38,953 nucleotides of DNA from NCBI GenBank assembly GCA_009926295.1, contig RFPF01000002.1:1-38953 (forward strand), in the 5' to 3' direction. Shown in pieces: positions 24,880 through 33,599 of this stretch. The translations under genes and the position numbers were made by a program. Origin of the DNA: Planctomycetia bacterium (lineage in GTDB: Bacteria > Planctomycetota > Planctomycetia > Pirellulales > UBA1268). Numbering within the stretch: the first letter of the stretch is position 1; every line of letters starts with the position of its first letter. The notes below the pieces were generated by a model. The model saw only the letters and a list, made by a program, of their open reading frames with translations. It did not search any database and had not been told where the DNA came from.

Positions 24880-26538
24880 TCACGACGCGAATGCCCCCGC
24901 GAGCTGGGCTGCCGCATAGAGCCCCGACCAGAAGAGACCGAAGCCCACCACGGGCAGGACGAGGCCCGTGACCACCGCCCCGGGCACCGAAACGAGCGGA
25001 AAGGGCTCGAGCGCCCGGTCGGCAGGTGGCGGGTCGAACGTCATCACCTTGAGCACGCGCAGGTAGTAGAACAGGCTGATCACGGTGTTCAGTCCCCCGA
25101 CCACCAGCAGCACGAGCATCAGGGGCCGCTCGGCCCCGGAGGCGATCGCCTCCACGAGCGACGAGAACACGAGGAACTTGGACACGAAGCCCGCCAGGGG
25201 CGGGAGACCGATCAGGCTCACGAGCACCGCCGCCATCGCCACCACGATGCCGGGGCTCGTGCGCACGAGGCCCGCGTAGGCGGAGATCTCCTCGCTCCGC
25301 AGCGAGTTGCGGAGCACGGCGACGATCGCAAAGGCGCCGAGGTTCATGAACACGTAGGTCCCGAGGTAGAAGGCCACGGCCGTGACCGCATCCCGCGTGC
25401 CGGTCGCCGTGACGCCCGCCATCGCGATCGCCGCCGCCACTCCCATCATCAGGTATCCGGCGTGGGCCACCGTGGAGTAGGCGAGCAGGCGCTTCATGTT
25501 CGTCTGCCCGTATGCGGCGAGATTGCCGAGCGTGCAGGTGACGGCCGCCATCAGGGCAACGACGTACACCATGAAGTGCCGGGTGTCGCCGAGGGCGGCC
25601 AGCGTCGCGGCCGATGCCCCATTCGCGGCCGGGACACCGAGGCTCGCGGCCGGGACACCCAGCCCGAAGGCCACCCGCAGCAGCAGCGCCACGGCCGCAG
25701 CCTTGCTGGCCACCGACAAAAACGCCCCCACCTCGGCCGCAGCGCCCTCGAAGACATCGGGGCACCAGAAATGGAAGGGGACCGCAGAAAGCTTGAAGGC
25801 GAGTCCGACGGCGAGCATCAGGCCACCCAGCGACAACACCATCACGCCGCCGCCGTCCGAGCCCACGTGGGCCACCTTCGCGAGTTCGACGGCCATGCTG
25901 GGCAGGTGACAGGTGCCGAGAATCCCGGCCATGAGGCTCAGGCCGTAGAGCATGATGCCGGCCGCGCCGGCTCCGTAGACGGCGTACTTGAGCGCGGCCT
26001 CCGAACTCGCCTTGCGGCCCTTGAGCAGGCCGGCGAGGGCATACGACGGCACGCTGGCCATCTCGACGGCCATGAAGAGCATCAGGATGTGGTTGGCGGC
26101 TGACATGAGGCACATCCCGAGCGAGGCGCCCAGAACGAGCGCGTAAAAATCGGCGCCGTCCTCGCGGTCGGGAATGCCCGATACCCGCGTGAACACGATG
26201 TACAGCGCCAGAAATCCGAGGATCACGAGTCGCACGTACGCCGTGAGCGAGTCGTAGACCAGGAGGCCGGTGAACAGTTCCTGCCTCCCCGCGAGCAGGT
26301 CGCCGCCCGCCGGCAGGGACTTCAGGTCGCACCACGCATACCACAGCCCGAATCCCACTCCGCCGAGGGCCACGACCGCGGAATCGGCATGCCGCAGCAC
26401 CGGCAGCATCCTGCACACGAGAAGCAGCACGATCGTGGCCGCCAGGCAGAGTTCCGGGCGGAACAGCGGCAGCGACACGTCGAGCGTGTTCGTGATCGAA
26501 TCGGTGAGCAGCGTGCCGAGATTCAAGGGAGGGTTCAC
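24880..26538 (-). CDS. nuoN: NADH-quinone oxidoreductase subunit N
   Basis: 552-aa polytopic ORF of the antiporter-like family, in the last position of the nuo block (LFMAVEMASVPSYALAG, FKLSAVPFHFWCPDVFEGAAAEV). Confidence 0.85.
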   Translation of the reverse strand: MNPPLNLGTLLTDSITNTLDVSLPLFRPELCLAATIVLLLVCRMLPVLRHADSAVVALGGVGFGLWYAWCDLKSLPAGGDLLAGRQELFTGLLVYDSLTAYVRLVILGFLALYIVFTRVSGIPDREDGADFYALVLGASLGMCLMSAANHILMLFMAVEMASVPSYALAGLLKGRKASSEAALKYAVYGAGAAGIMLYGLSLMAGILGTCHLPSMAVELAKVAHVGSDGGGVMVLSLGGLMLAVGLAFKLSAVPFHFWCPDVFEGAAAEVGAFLSVASKAAAVALLLRVAFGLGVPAASLGVPAANGASAATLAALGDTRHFMVYVVALMAAVTCTLGNLAAYGQTNMKRLLAYSTVAHAGYLMMGVAAAIAMAGVTATGTRDAVTAVAFYLGTYVFMNLGAFAIVAVLRNSLRSEEISAYAGLVRTSPGIVVAMAAVLVSLIGLPPLAGFVSKFLVFSSLVEAIASGAERPLMLVLLVVGGLNTVISLFYYLRVLKVMTFDPPPADRALEPFPLVSVPGAVVTGLVLPVVGFGLFWSGLYAAAQLAGAFAS

Positions 26539-26556
26539 GGGGGCGTTCCTGCGGCG

Positions 26557-28347
26557 TCAGCGGGCGGCGGAATCCGCCCCGACCTTCGCCACGGCAGGTG
26601 CGGCGGCGGGGGCGTCGTGGACGCGCTTCGTCCAGTCGGCGAGCGTCTCCACCTGGCGGTTGACCGTGGGCGTCACGTAATTGAACAGGATCTGCGGTGC
26701 CACGCCGAACAGGATGGCGAGGAACACAAGCGGCGCCGCGATCGAAAGTTCGCGCGGCGTGATCGGCGTGAGATGGTCCCCGTGCGGCCCCTTGTACTCC
26801 GCACCGAGATACACGCGCTGGATCGCCCAGAGGATGTAGGCCGCCGTGAGGATGACCGTGAATGCCGACGCCACCGCGAGCACCCGGCTGTAGTTCCAAC
26901 TCGAGAGCGTGACGAGCACCTCGCCGATGAAACCGCACAGGCCCGGCAGGCCCAGGCCCGCGAAGAACACGGCGATGGCCAGGCCGCTGTACACCGGCAT
27001 CCGGTTGAAGATCCCCCCGAACTCCTCGAGGTTGCGGTGATGCACCCGGTCGTAGAGCACGCCCACCATGAAGAACATTCCGGCGGAGCTGATGCCGTGC
27101 GCGAGCATCTGGAACATCGCGCCGTTCACGCCCTGCGCCCAAGCGTCCCAGCGGTACTCCTGGCCGGCCACGGCGCTCCACACGCCGAGACCCAGCATCA
27201 CGTATCCCATGTGGCTCACCGAACTGTAGGCGACCATCCGCTTGAAGTCCTTCTGCGCGAGGGCCGCGAAGGCTCCATAGACCATCGACACGACGCCGAG
27301 GCCGCACACGAGCCATGCGAAGTCGAGACCGGCCCCCGGGCAGACGGGATAGCAGATCCGGAGGATGCCGTACCCGCCGAGCTTGAGCAGGATGCCTGCA
27401 AGGATCATCGAGATGGGCGTGGGAGCCTCGACGTGGGCGTCGGGAAGCCAGGTGTGCACCGGCACCACCGGCACCTTGATCACGAAGCCGACGAGCAGCA
27501 GGAGGAAGGCCCACTTCTCCAGGCTCATTCCCCACACCCGCGCCGCCGCGAACGGCGAGTCCGGCAGCTGGCCGATCTGCGCGAGGGCCAGGAGGTTGAA
27601 CGTGTGCACCGGCGCTCTCGCATCCTTGATGGACCGCACGGCGTCGGCCTGGACGCCGGCGTCGAGCGCCGGGCTCACGACGTGGCTCGCGAGCAACTGC
27701 TCGGGAGAGAGCTGCCTCAGATCGCTCGTGAAGTAGAGCATCAGGATCGCGAGCAGCATCAGCACGCTGCCGAGGAGCGTGTAGAGGAAGAACTTGATCG
27801 CCGCGTACTCTCGCCGCGGGCCGCCCCAGATGCCGATCAGGAAGTACATCGGCAGGAGCATCACCTCCCAGAACACGTAGAACAGGAAGAAATCGAGCGA
27901 AACGAACACGCCGAGCATGCCCGTCTCGAGAAGCAGGAACAGCACGTGGTAGGCCTTGACGTGCTTCGTGATCGGCCAGCTCGCGGCGGCGGCCAGCATG
28001 GACAGGAAGGTGGTGAGAACCACCAGCGGCAGGCTGATGCCGTCGACGCCGAGCAGGTATTCGATCCCAAAGGCCTCGATCCACGGCAGCTTGACCACCG
28101 CCTGCATTCCCGGTTCACCGAGACGGAACTGGGCCGGGCCGGCCGCCCCGAACAGCTGCGGCCAGGCCATCCATACGGAGAGCACGAACACGACGGCGGT
28201 GGTCAGCAGCGTGGTCCAGCGGATGAACTCGTCGCGACCCCTGGGCACGATGGGCAGGGACAGGACGGCGGCGACGAGCGCCGGCAGGAAGACGATCGCC
28301 GTCAGGGGCCAGAGGGCGGGTTGCGTGAGTGAGGCTGCTGGATCCAT
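26557..28347 (-). CDS. nuoM: NADH-quinone oxidoreductase subunit M
   Basis: 596-aa ORF. FFLFYVFWEVMLLPMYFLIGIWGG, FVIKVPVVPVHTWLPDAHVEAPTPISMILAGILLKLGGYG, MVAYSSVSHMG. Confidence 0.88.
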   Translation of the reverse strand: MDPAASLTQPALWPLTAIVFLPALVAAVLSLPIVPRGRDEFIRWTTLLTTAVVFVLSVWMAWPQLFGAAGPAQFRLGEPGMQAVVKLPWIEAFGIEYLLGVDGISLPLVVLTTFLSMLAAAASWPITKHVKAYHVLFLLLETGMLGVFVSLDFFLFYVFWEVMLLPMYFLIGIWGGPRREYAAIKFFLYTLLGSVLMLLAILMLYFTSDLRQLSPEQLLASHVVSPALDAGVQADAVRSIKDARAPVHTFNLLALAQIGQLPDSPFAAARVWGMSLEKWAFLLLLVGFVIKVPVVPVHTWLPDAHVEAPTPISMILAGILLKLGGYGILRICYPVCPGAGLDFAWLVCGLGVVSMVYGAFAALAQKDFKRMVAYSSVSHMGYVMLGLGVWSAVAGQEYRWDAWAQGVNGAMFQMLAHGISSAGMFFMVGVLYDRVHHRNLEEFGGIFNRMPVYSGLAIAVFFAGLGLPGLCGFIGEVLVTLSSWNYSRVLAVASAFTVILTAAYILWAIQRVYLGAEYKGPHGDHLTPITPRELSIAAPLVFLAILFGVAPQILFNYVTPTVNRQVETLADWTKRVHDAPAAAPAVAKVGADSAAR

Positions 28348-28401
28348 GGCGAAAGTCCGTGCGAAGGGTTCTCGAAACGGGGGTGGAGGGGGCGGGAGCG
28401 A

Positions 28402-30780
28402 TCAGCCGGCCAGCGATGTCCGGAACAGGAGGCTGGCGAGCACGAACAGGGCTACCGTGCCGACGACGATGAACATGACGTATTGTCGCAGGTGGCCGGT
28501 CTGAAGCTTCTTGAGCTCGATCCCGGCGTTCCACGTGGCGGCGGCGGTGGCGTTGACGAGGCCGTCGACGAGCGTGCGGTCGATCCACGCGTCGACGCCC
28601 GCGAGCTGCCGCGCGGTCCAGGCGAGCCCGTCGATGATCCGGTCGATCACGCCGCGGTCGGTGCCGCTGGCGAGATTCGCCACCGCGAGCGCGGGCACCA
28701 CGAACATCGCGTGGTACAACTCGTCGAAATACCAGCGGCCGGCGAGGAACGTGTAGGCCGGCTTGAAGATCGTGGCGACGACGGCGGGCGAGATGATCCG
28801 CAGGAGATACATGAGCGCCGCGAGCGCCACGCCGGCCGCCGCCGTGGCGAACGCCGTGAGCGTGGCCGTGACGTGCACGGCCCCCTCGTGGCTCAGGTGC
28901 TCGGCCGGGAAAACGAGCTCTCCGAAGGCGAAACCGCCCGTCATTCCCTCGGCGGTGCCCACGGGCCGGGCCTGCTCCAGGAGGTTCGGCAGCCCGAAGC
29001 CGCCGGGAAGCGTCCACCCGGCGACGACGGCGAGCACCGCAAGCACGACGAGCGGAGCGACCATCACGGCCGGCGACTCGTGGGCGTGCTCGGCGACGTG
29101 GTGATCGCGCGGCTCCCCCGCGAACGTCATGAACCACAGCCGGAACATGTAGAACGCCGTGAGGAACGCCCCGCCGGCCACGGCAACGAAGAGGATGGAG
29201 TGGGCGGGGTTGGCCCGCGAGAACGCGAGCGCCTGGGCGAGGATCGCGTCCTTCGAGTAATACCCGGACAGGCCGATCACGAACGGCACGCCGGCCCCGA
29301 TGATGGCGAGGCAGCCGACGAGCATCGTGCCGGCCGTCCAAGGCATCACCCGGGCCAGGCCGCCCATCTTGCGCATGTCGTTGGTATGACAGGCGTGGAT
29401 CACCGATCCCGAGCAGAGAAAGAGCAGGCTCTTGAAGAAGGCGTGCGTCACGAGGTGAAAGAGCCCGGCCGCCCACCCGCCGACCCCAAGTGCGAGCATC
29501 ATGTAGCCCAGCTGGCTCACGGTGGAGTATGCGAGCACCCGCTTGATGTCGGTGGCGACAAGCGCGATCGTCGCCGCGATGAACAGCGTGATCGCGCCGA
29601 CGTAGGCGATCACGAGCAGCACGTCGGGCGTGAGCACGGGATAGAAGCGGCCGACGAGGTACACGCCGGCTGCGACCATCGTCGCGGAGTGGACGAGCGC
29701 CGACACCGGCGTCGGGCCCTCCATCGCGTCGGGAAGCCAGACGAAGAGCGGGAACTGCGCACTCTTGCCGACACAGCCGCAGAAGATGCCCACACCCGCG
29801 ATGAGCAGCAGCCAGCGACCCAGGCCCATGCTCCGCCAATCTTCGATCTTTCCCGCGACCTCCGCGGGCGGCGTCTTGGCGACCTCCGCCGCGGCGGCGA
29901 ACTTCACCATCCCGTCAGGCACCCGGATCGCATGGCCTCCGGCGGCGGGCCTGACGAGGCTGAACAGGCCGGGCCGGGCCACATCGCCGTCGATCGCCTG
30001 CGAATCGGCGAAATGCAGCGTGCCGAGGGCTCCCCACAAGGCCATCAGCCCGATGAGCATCCCGAAGTCGCCCACGCGGTTGACGATGAACGCCTTGTTG
30101 GCGGCGGTCGAGGCGCTCTTCCGCTCGTAGTAGAAGCCGATCAGGAACCAGGAGCAGATACCCACGAGTTCCCAGAAGATGAACACCATCGCCAGGTTTC
30201 CGGCGATCACGATCCCGAGCATCGAGAAGCAGAACAGGGACAACGCCTGGAAAAACCTCGGAAATCGGCCGGGACGGTGGAGGTGGCCCCCACCGGAGAG
30301 ATGCACCTCGTGGTCCGTGACGTCGTGGAGTTCGTCGTGCATGTAGCCCGAGGCGTAGACGTGAATGCAGGTGGCGATGAACGTCACCACCACGAACATC
30401 AGCACCGTCAGGGCGTCGATGTACCATCCGATCGAGAGCCGCAGTGCCCCGCCCCGATAGAGCGTGTACCAGTCCCCCGAGTAGGCCACGGAGTCGGCCA
30501 CCGGGTGGTGGTCGACGGCATGATCGCCGGCATGGGTGTCGGCCGCGGCGACATCGCCGGAGCCGTGATGCGACACCTGCACGGGATGCGCCCCCAGCCA
30601 GGCGCCCGCGGCGAACAGCGAAAGCACGAGCGACGCCACGATCGCGGCCGTCGCGACCCACGCGGCATTCCGCCCATGCGGCCCCATGCGCGGCCCGAAA
30701 AACAGGATCGCGACGAACGAGGCCAGCGGAGCGAGCCACGCGAGGCCGAGCAGCAGCGGCAGTTGGGCGGCTGTATCCAT
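28402..30780 (-). CDS. nuoL: NADH-quinone oxidoreductase subunit L (792 aa, with insertions)
   Basis: FIFWELVGICSWFLIGFYYE, GKSAQFPLFVWLPDAMEGPTPVSALVHSATMVAAGVYL, LAYSTVSQLGYM. Confidence 0.9.
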   Translation of the reverse strand: MDTAAQLPLLLGLAWLAPLASFVAILFFGPRMGPHGRNAAWVATAAIVASLVLSLFAAGAWLGAHPVQVSHHGSGDVAAADTHAGDHAVDHHPVADSVAYSGDWYTLYRGGALRLSIGWYIDALTVLMFVVVTFIATCIHVYASGYMHDELHDVTDHEVHLSGGGHLHRPGRFPRFFQALSLFCFSMLGIVIAGNLAMVFIFWELVGICSWFLIGFYYERKSASTAANKAFIVNRVGDFGMLIGLMALWGALGTLHFADSQAIDGDVARPGLFSLVRPAAGGHAIRVPDGMVKFAAAAEVAKTPPAEVAGKIEDWRSMGLGRWLLLIAGVGIFCGCVGKSAQFPLFVWLPDAMEGPTPVSALVHSATMVAAGVYLVGRFYPVLTPDVLLVIAYVGAITLFIAATIALVATDIKRVLAYSTVSQLGYMMLALGVGGWAAGLFHLVTHAFFKSLLFLCSGSVIHACHTNDMRKMGGLARVMPWTAGTMLVGCLAIIGAGVPFVIGLSGYYSKDAILAQALAFSRANPAHSILFVAVAGGAFLTAFYMFRLWFMTFAGEPRDHHVAEHAHESPAVMVAPLVVLAVLAVVAGWTLPGGFGLPNLLEQARPVGTAEGMTGGFAFGELVFPAEHLSHEGAVHVTATLTAFATAAAGVALAALMYLLRIISPAVVATIFKPAYTFLAGRWYFDELYHAMFVVPALAVANLASGTDRGVIDRIIDGLAWTARQLAGVDAWIDRTLVDGLVNATAAATWNAGIELKKLQTGHLRQYVMFIVVGTVALFVLASLLFRTSLAG

Positions 30781-30792
30781 GACGCGATCGGC

Positions 30793-31191
30793 TCAGCCCT
30801 TGAGGTTGTCCGCCCGGTCGACGTCGACCGTGGCGTGGTTGTTGTAGAAGTTCAGCGTGATCGCGAGGGCCACGGCCGCCTCGGCCGCCGCCAGCAGGAT
30901 CACGAACAACGCGATCACCTGGCCATCGATCCCGAGCGCGACGGCGCCCTGCCCACGGAGGTAGGGCGAAGCGAAGGCGACGAAGTTCACGTTGGCGCCG
31001 TTGAGCACGAGCTCGATCCCCATCAGCACTCCGAGGGCGTTCCGCTTCACCGCCATGCACACGATCCCGGCAGTGAACAGGATCGCTCCCACGACGAGGT
31101 AATGCGCCACGCTCACGCCGTCGCCACCGGCCATCGCCAGGATCGGAACCGGGGAGGGAAACGCGGAACCGTACATGCCCAGGCCGCTCAT
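30793..31191 (-). CDS. nuoK: NADH-quinone oxidoreductase subunit K
   Basis: Last 132 aa of ORF 30793..31971. ATG 31191 overlaps the nuoJ stop (ATGA). HYLVVGAILFTAGIVCMAVKRNALGVLMGIELVLNGANVNFVAF. Confidence 0.8.
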   Translation of the reverse strand: MSGLGMYGSAFPSPVPILAMAGGDGVSVAHYLVVGAILFTAGIVCMAVKRNALGVLMGIELVLNGANVNFVAFASPYLRGQGAVALGIDGQVIALFVILLAAAEAAVALAITLNFYNNHATVDVDRADNLKG

Positions 31192-31877
31192 CTCACGCCT
31201 CCCTGCGCCAGTGCCGACGCCGCCCCGGCCCCAGTGGAACGCAGCCGGGGCTCGGCGGCGGGCTCCACCGAGGCCGCGACCTCGATCGCGCGGGCCGTGC
31301 GTCGCCGCTTCGCACGCGCGAGGTAGGCCGCGCCCACGAGCACCACCAGAAGGTGGACCGAAACGATCTCGAACGGCAGGAGATAGCCGCTGCGCACCCC
31401 GGCCGCCGGGGCTCCCGGAGGATCGTCCACCCGGATGCCGACCAGCGCCGTGCCGATGGGGGTCGCCGCCGGCGGGCCCACTTCGCCGAGCCCCGGCCGC
31501 CGCCACGCGTCGACGGAAAGCGCTGCCTGCAGCAAGAGCGCGAGAAGCGAAGCCGCCACGACGCCCGCGAGCACGCGATCGCCCGTCGAGGTCTTGATCG
31601 AGACGAACGGCGCCTGCGCCGTGAGCATGACGCCGAACACCAGGAGCACGAGGGTCCCGCCCACGTAGATCATCAACTGCATCGCGCCGATGAACTCGGC
31701 GCCCGCGAGAAAGAACAGCCCGGCGGTGGCTCCGAGCGAGAACACGAGGTACAGCGCCATCCTCACGACGTTGTCGGCGAGCACCACCCCGATCGCGAAC
31801 CCGCACGCGAGGATCGCGAACAGGTAGAAGAGCATCGTGTGGAAGTTCACCGCCGCGAGCATCACGCACCCCGTCAT
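31188..31877 (-). CDS. nuoJ: NADH-quinone oxidoreductase subunit J
   Basis: 229-aa ORF. LFYLFAILACGFAIGVVLADNVVRMALYLVFSLGATAGLFFLAGAEFIGAMQLMIYVGGTLVLLVF. ATGA overlap with the nuoH stop. Confidence 0.85.
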   Translation of the reverse strand: MTGCVMLAAVNFHTMLFYLFAILACGFAIGVVLADNVVRMALYLVFSLGATAGLFFLAGAEFIGAMQLMIYVGGTLVLLVFGVMLTAQAPFVSIKTSTGDRVLAGVVAASLLALLLQAALSVDAWRRPGLGEVGPPAATPIGTALVGIRVDDPPGAPAAGVRSGYLLPFEIVSVHLLVVLVGAAYLARAKRRRTARAIEVAASVEPAAEPRLRSTGAGAASALAQGGVR

Positions 31878-33082
31878 GGCCGCACCTGGGCCACGGCCCC
31901 GCCGACGGCCGGCGGGACGGACCGCTCCGCCGCGCCGCCCGGCCCCTCGAGCCAGCCCTCGCGAATCTCACCGGCGGGACGGGAGACGCCCGGCACCACG
32001 CCGCCGGGGAGGAACAACTGCCAGATCATCGCGCCGGCGAACATCACCGCGGCGATGGGCGTGCAGTACTTGAGACACGTGGTCATCACCTGATCGATGC
32101 GGAGCCGCGGGAGCGTCCATCGCACCCACATCATCACGAGCACGCCGAGCGTCGCCTTGAGCAGCAGGTTGCCGCAGCCGATGAGCCGCACGAGGTAGTG
32201 GGCCGTGTCACCCGTGCCCGCGCTCAGGCCGAGGAGTTTCGCGACGGGCACGGGCCCGTTCCACCCGCCGAGAAACAGAACCGCCGCGAGGGCGCTGACG
32301 AGGAACATCGAGCCGTACTCCGCCATGAAGAAGAAGCTCCAGCGGAGACCCGAATACTCGGTGTGGAAACCGGCCACGAGCTCGCTCTCGGCCTCGGCGA
32401 GGTCGAACGGCGCGCGGTTCACGCTCGCCACCGCGCAGGTGACGTAGACCCAGAAAATGACGAACGTGAACGGATCGTGGAACAGGTACCAGTTCGTGGC
32501 CCAACCTGCCTGCTTCTCGGCGATCGTGACGAGATCCATCGTGCCGGCGAGCATCACGGGGACCACGACGCACATCCCCAGCGGCACCTCGTAACTCACC
32601 ACCTGTGCGGCCTCGCGCATCGCCCCGAACAGCGACCATTTCGACGCCGACGCGTAGCCGGCGAGGATCACGCCGAACACCTCGAGACCGAGGACCGCCA
32701 CCACGAAGAACACGCCGACGTTGAGCCGCTGGCCGACGAAGTCGAACGCGAACGGCAGTGCGATGAACGCACAGAACGACGCGCAGAAACTCACGTACGG
32801 AGCGAGCCGGAAGAGCAGGCCGTCGGCCCCTTCGGGCATCAGATCCTCCTTGGCGAGGAGTTTGATGCCGTCGGCGAGCGACTGCAGCCACCCGAACCGG
32901 CCTCCGGTGCGGGTGGGGCCGAGCCGATCCTGGATCCGGGCTGCGATCTTGCGCTCGGCCCAGATGAACACGAGTGCCCCGCCGGCGATCACGTTGAGGA
33001 TCAAAAACGCCGCGACACCGGCCACGACAGTCCACGCGAGCCACGGGGGCAGGCCGACGGAATTGATGAGGAAATCAGCCAT
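31874..33082 (-). CDS. nuoH: NADH-quinone oxidoreductase subunit H
   Basis: 402-aa ORF. FIWAERKIAARIQDRLGPTRTGGRFGWLQSLADGIKLLAKED, VNRAPFDLAEAESELVAGFHTEYSG. Confidence 0.9.
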   Translation of the reverse strand: MADFLINSVGLPPWLAWTVVAGVAAFLILNVIAGGALVFIWAERKIAARIQDRLGPTRTGGRFGWLQSLADGIKLLAKEDLMPEGADGLLFRLAPYVSFCASFCAFIALPFAFDFVGQRLNVGVFFVVAVLGLEVFGVILAGYASASKWSLFGAMREAAQVVSYEVPLGMCVVVPVMLAGTMDLVTIAEKQAGWATNWYLFHDPFTFVIFWVYVTCAVASVNRAPFDLAEAESELVAGFHTEYSGLRWSFFFMAEYGSMFLVSALAAVLFLGGWNGPVPVAKLLGLSAGTGDTAHYLVRLIGCGNLLLKATLGVLVMMWVRWTLPRLRIDQVMTTCLKYCTPIAAVMFAGAMIWQLFLPGGVVPGVSRPAGEIREGWLEGPGGAAERSVPPAVGGAVAQVRP

Positions 33083-33094
33083 GCAGGACGCTAT

Positions 33095-33135
33095 TTCCGC
33101 ACGGAATCGGACTTCGTGAAATTTCGCACGAAGTC
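33095..33135 (-). promoter_or_regulatory. nested palindromes in the nuoH leader/promoter region: TTCCG-N2-CGGAA and a perfect 9-bp stem GACTTCGTG / CACGAAGTC with an 8-nt loop
   Basis: Read directly: palindrome at 33095-33106 and hairpin at 33110-33135, 13-53 nt upstream of the nuoH ATG (33082). Local GC is lower than the surroundings. No U-run follows, so it is not an intrinsic terminator. Confidence 0.35.
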
Positions 33136-33202
33136 TGCCCTACGCAGGTCGAAATCACAAGTCCCGCCGGGAAAACAGGCCCGCGACGTCAACTCGCCCG
33201 CA

Positions 33203-33413
33203 CCGGCTCGGGGCTACCGGGATGAATACATAGGATCGGCTTCAGCCCGTCATGCCTATAGGTACGCACCGGCTTCGGTCTCCCCATATCCCGTCGCTGG
33301 ACGTTCGCTGCGGCCCTCCAGGCCTCCGCTCACTCGACTCCGACTGCGCTGCGCCATCCATGGCTGCGCTTGTCTGCATACGCCTGCTCCCGGGACACGG
33401 GGACCCCGAAGCC
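33203..33413 (+). repeat. repeat family copy B (forward orientation, expanded and degenerate)
   Basis: CGCTGGACGTTCGCTGCGGCCCTCCAGGCCTCCGCTCACTCGACTCCGACTGCGCTGCGCCATCCATGGCTGCGC aligns with the interior of copy A. Ends CCGGCTCGGGG... and ...GGGGACCCCGAAGCC. Confidence 0.55.
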
Positions 33414-33439
33414 TCCCTCAACTGGAAAGGGGGAGGTGA

Positions 33440-33583
33440 GGGGTTGCCCCTACCATCGAGCCGGCGTGAGTCACCAGCGGAGCCATGGATGCCGCAGCGC
33501 CTGTGACTCCGAGCGAACGAAGCCCACGGAGGGGCGCAGTGAGCGTCCGGCGAGATGGTGGGGGCAACCCCGAGCCGGATTGG
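33440..33583 (-). repeat. repeat family copy C (reverse orientation; core 33440-33571)
   Basis: Termini GGGGTTGCCCC (33440-33450) and GGGGCAACCCC (33561-33571). Inner stem GAGTCAC/GTGACTC. The flank GAGCCGGATTGG matches the copy A flank. Confidence 0.8.
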
Positions 33584-33599
33584 GCGAGTTGACGGTGCC

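Noticed and set aside
24872-28084. The 1214-aa ORF 24440..28084, considered as a single gene.
   Set aside because: Only its last 143 aa (from ATG 24871) fall outside nuoN/nuoM. The remainder is an out-of-frame read-through overlapping nuoN and nuoM on the same strand, with Arg/Pro/Gly-rich nonsense composition.
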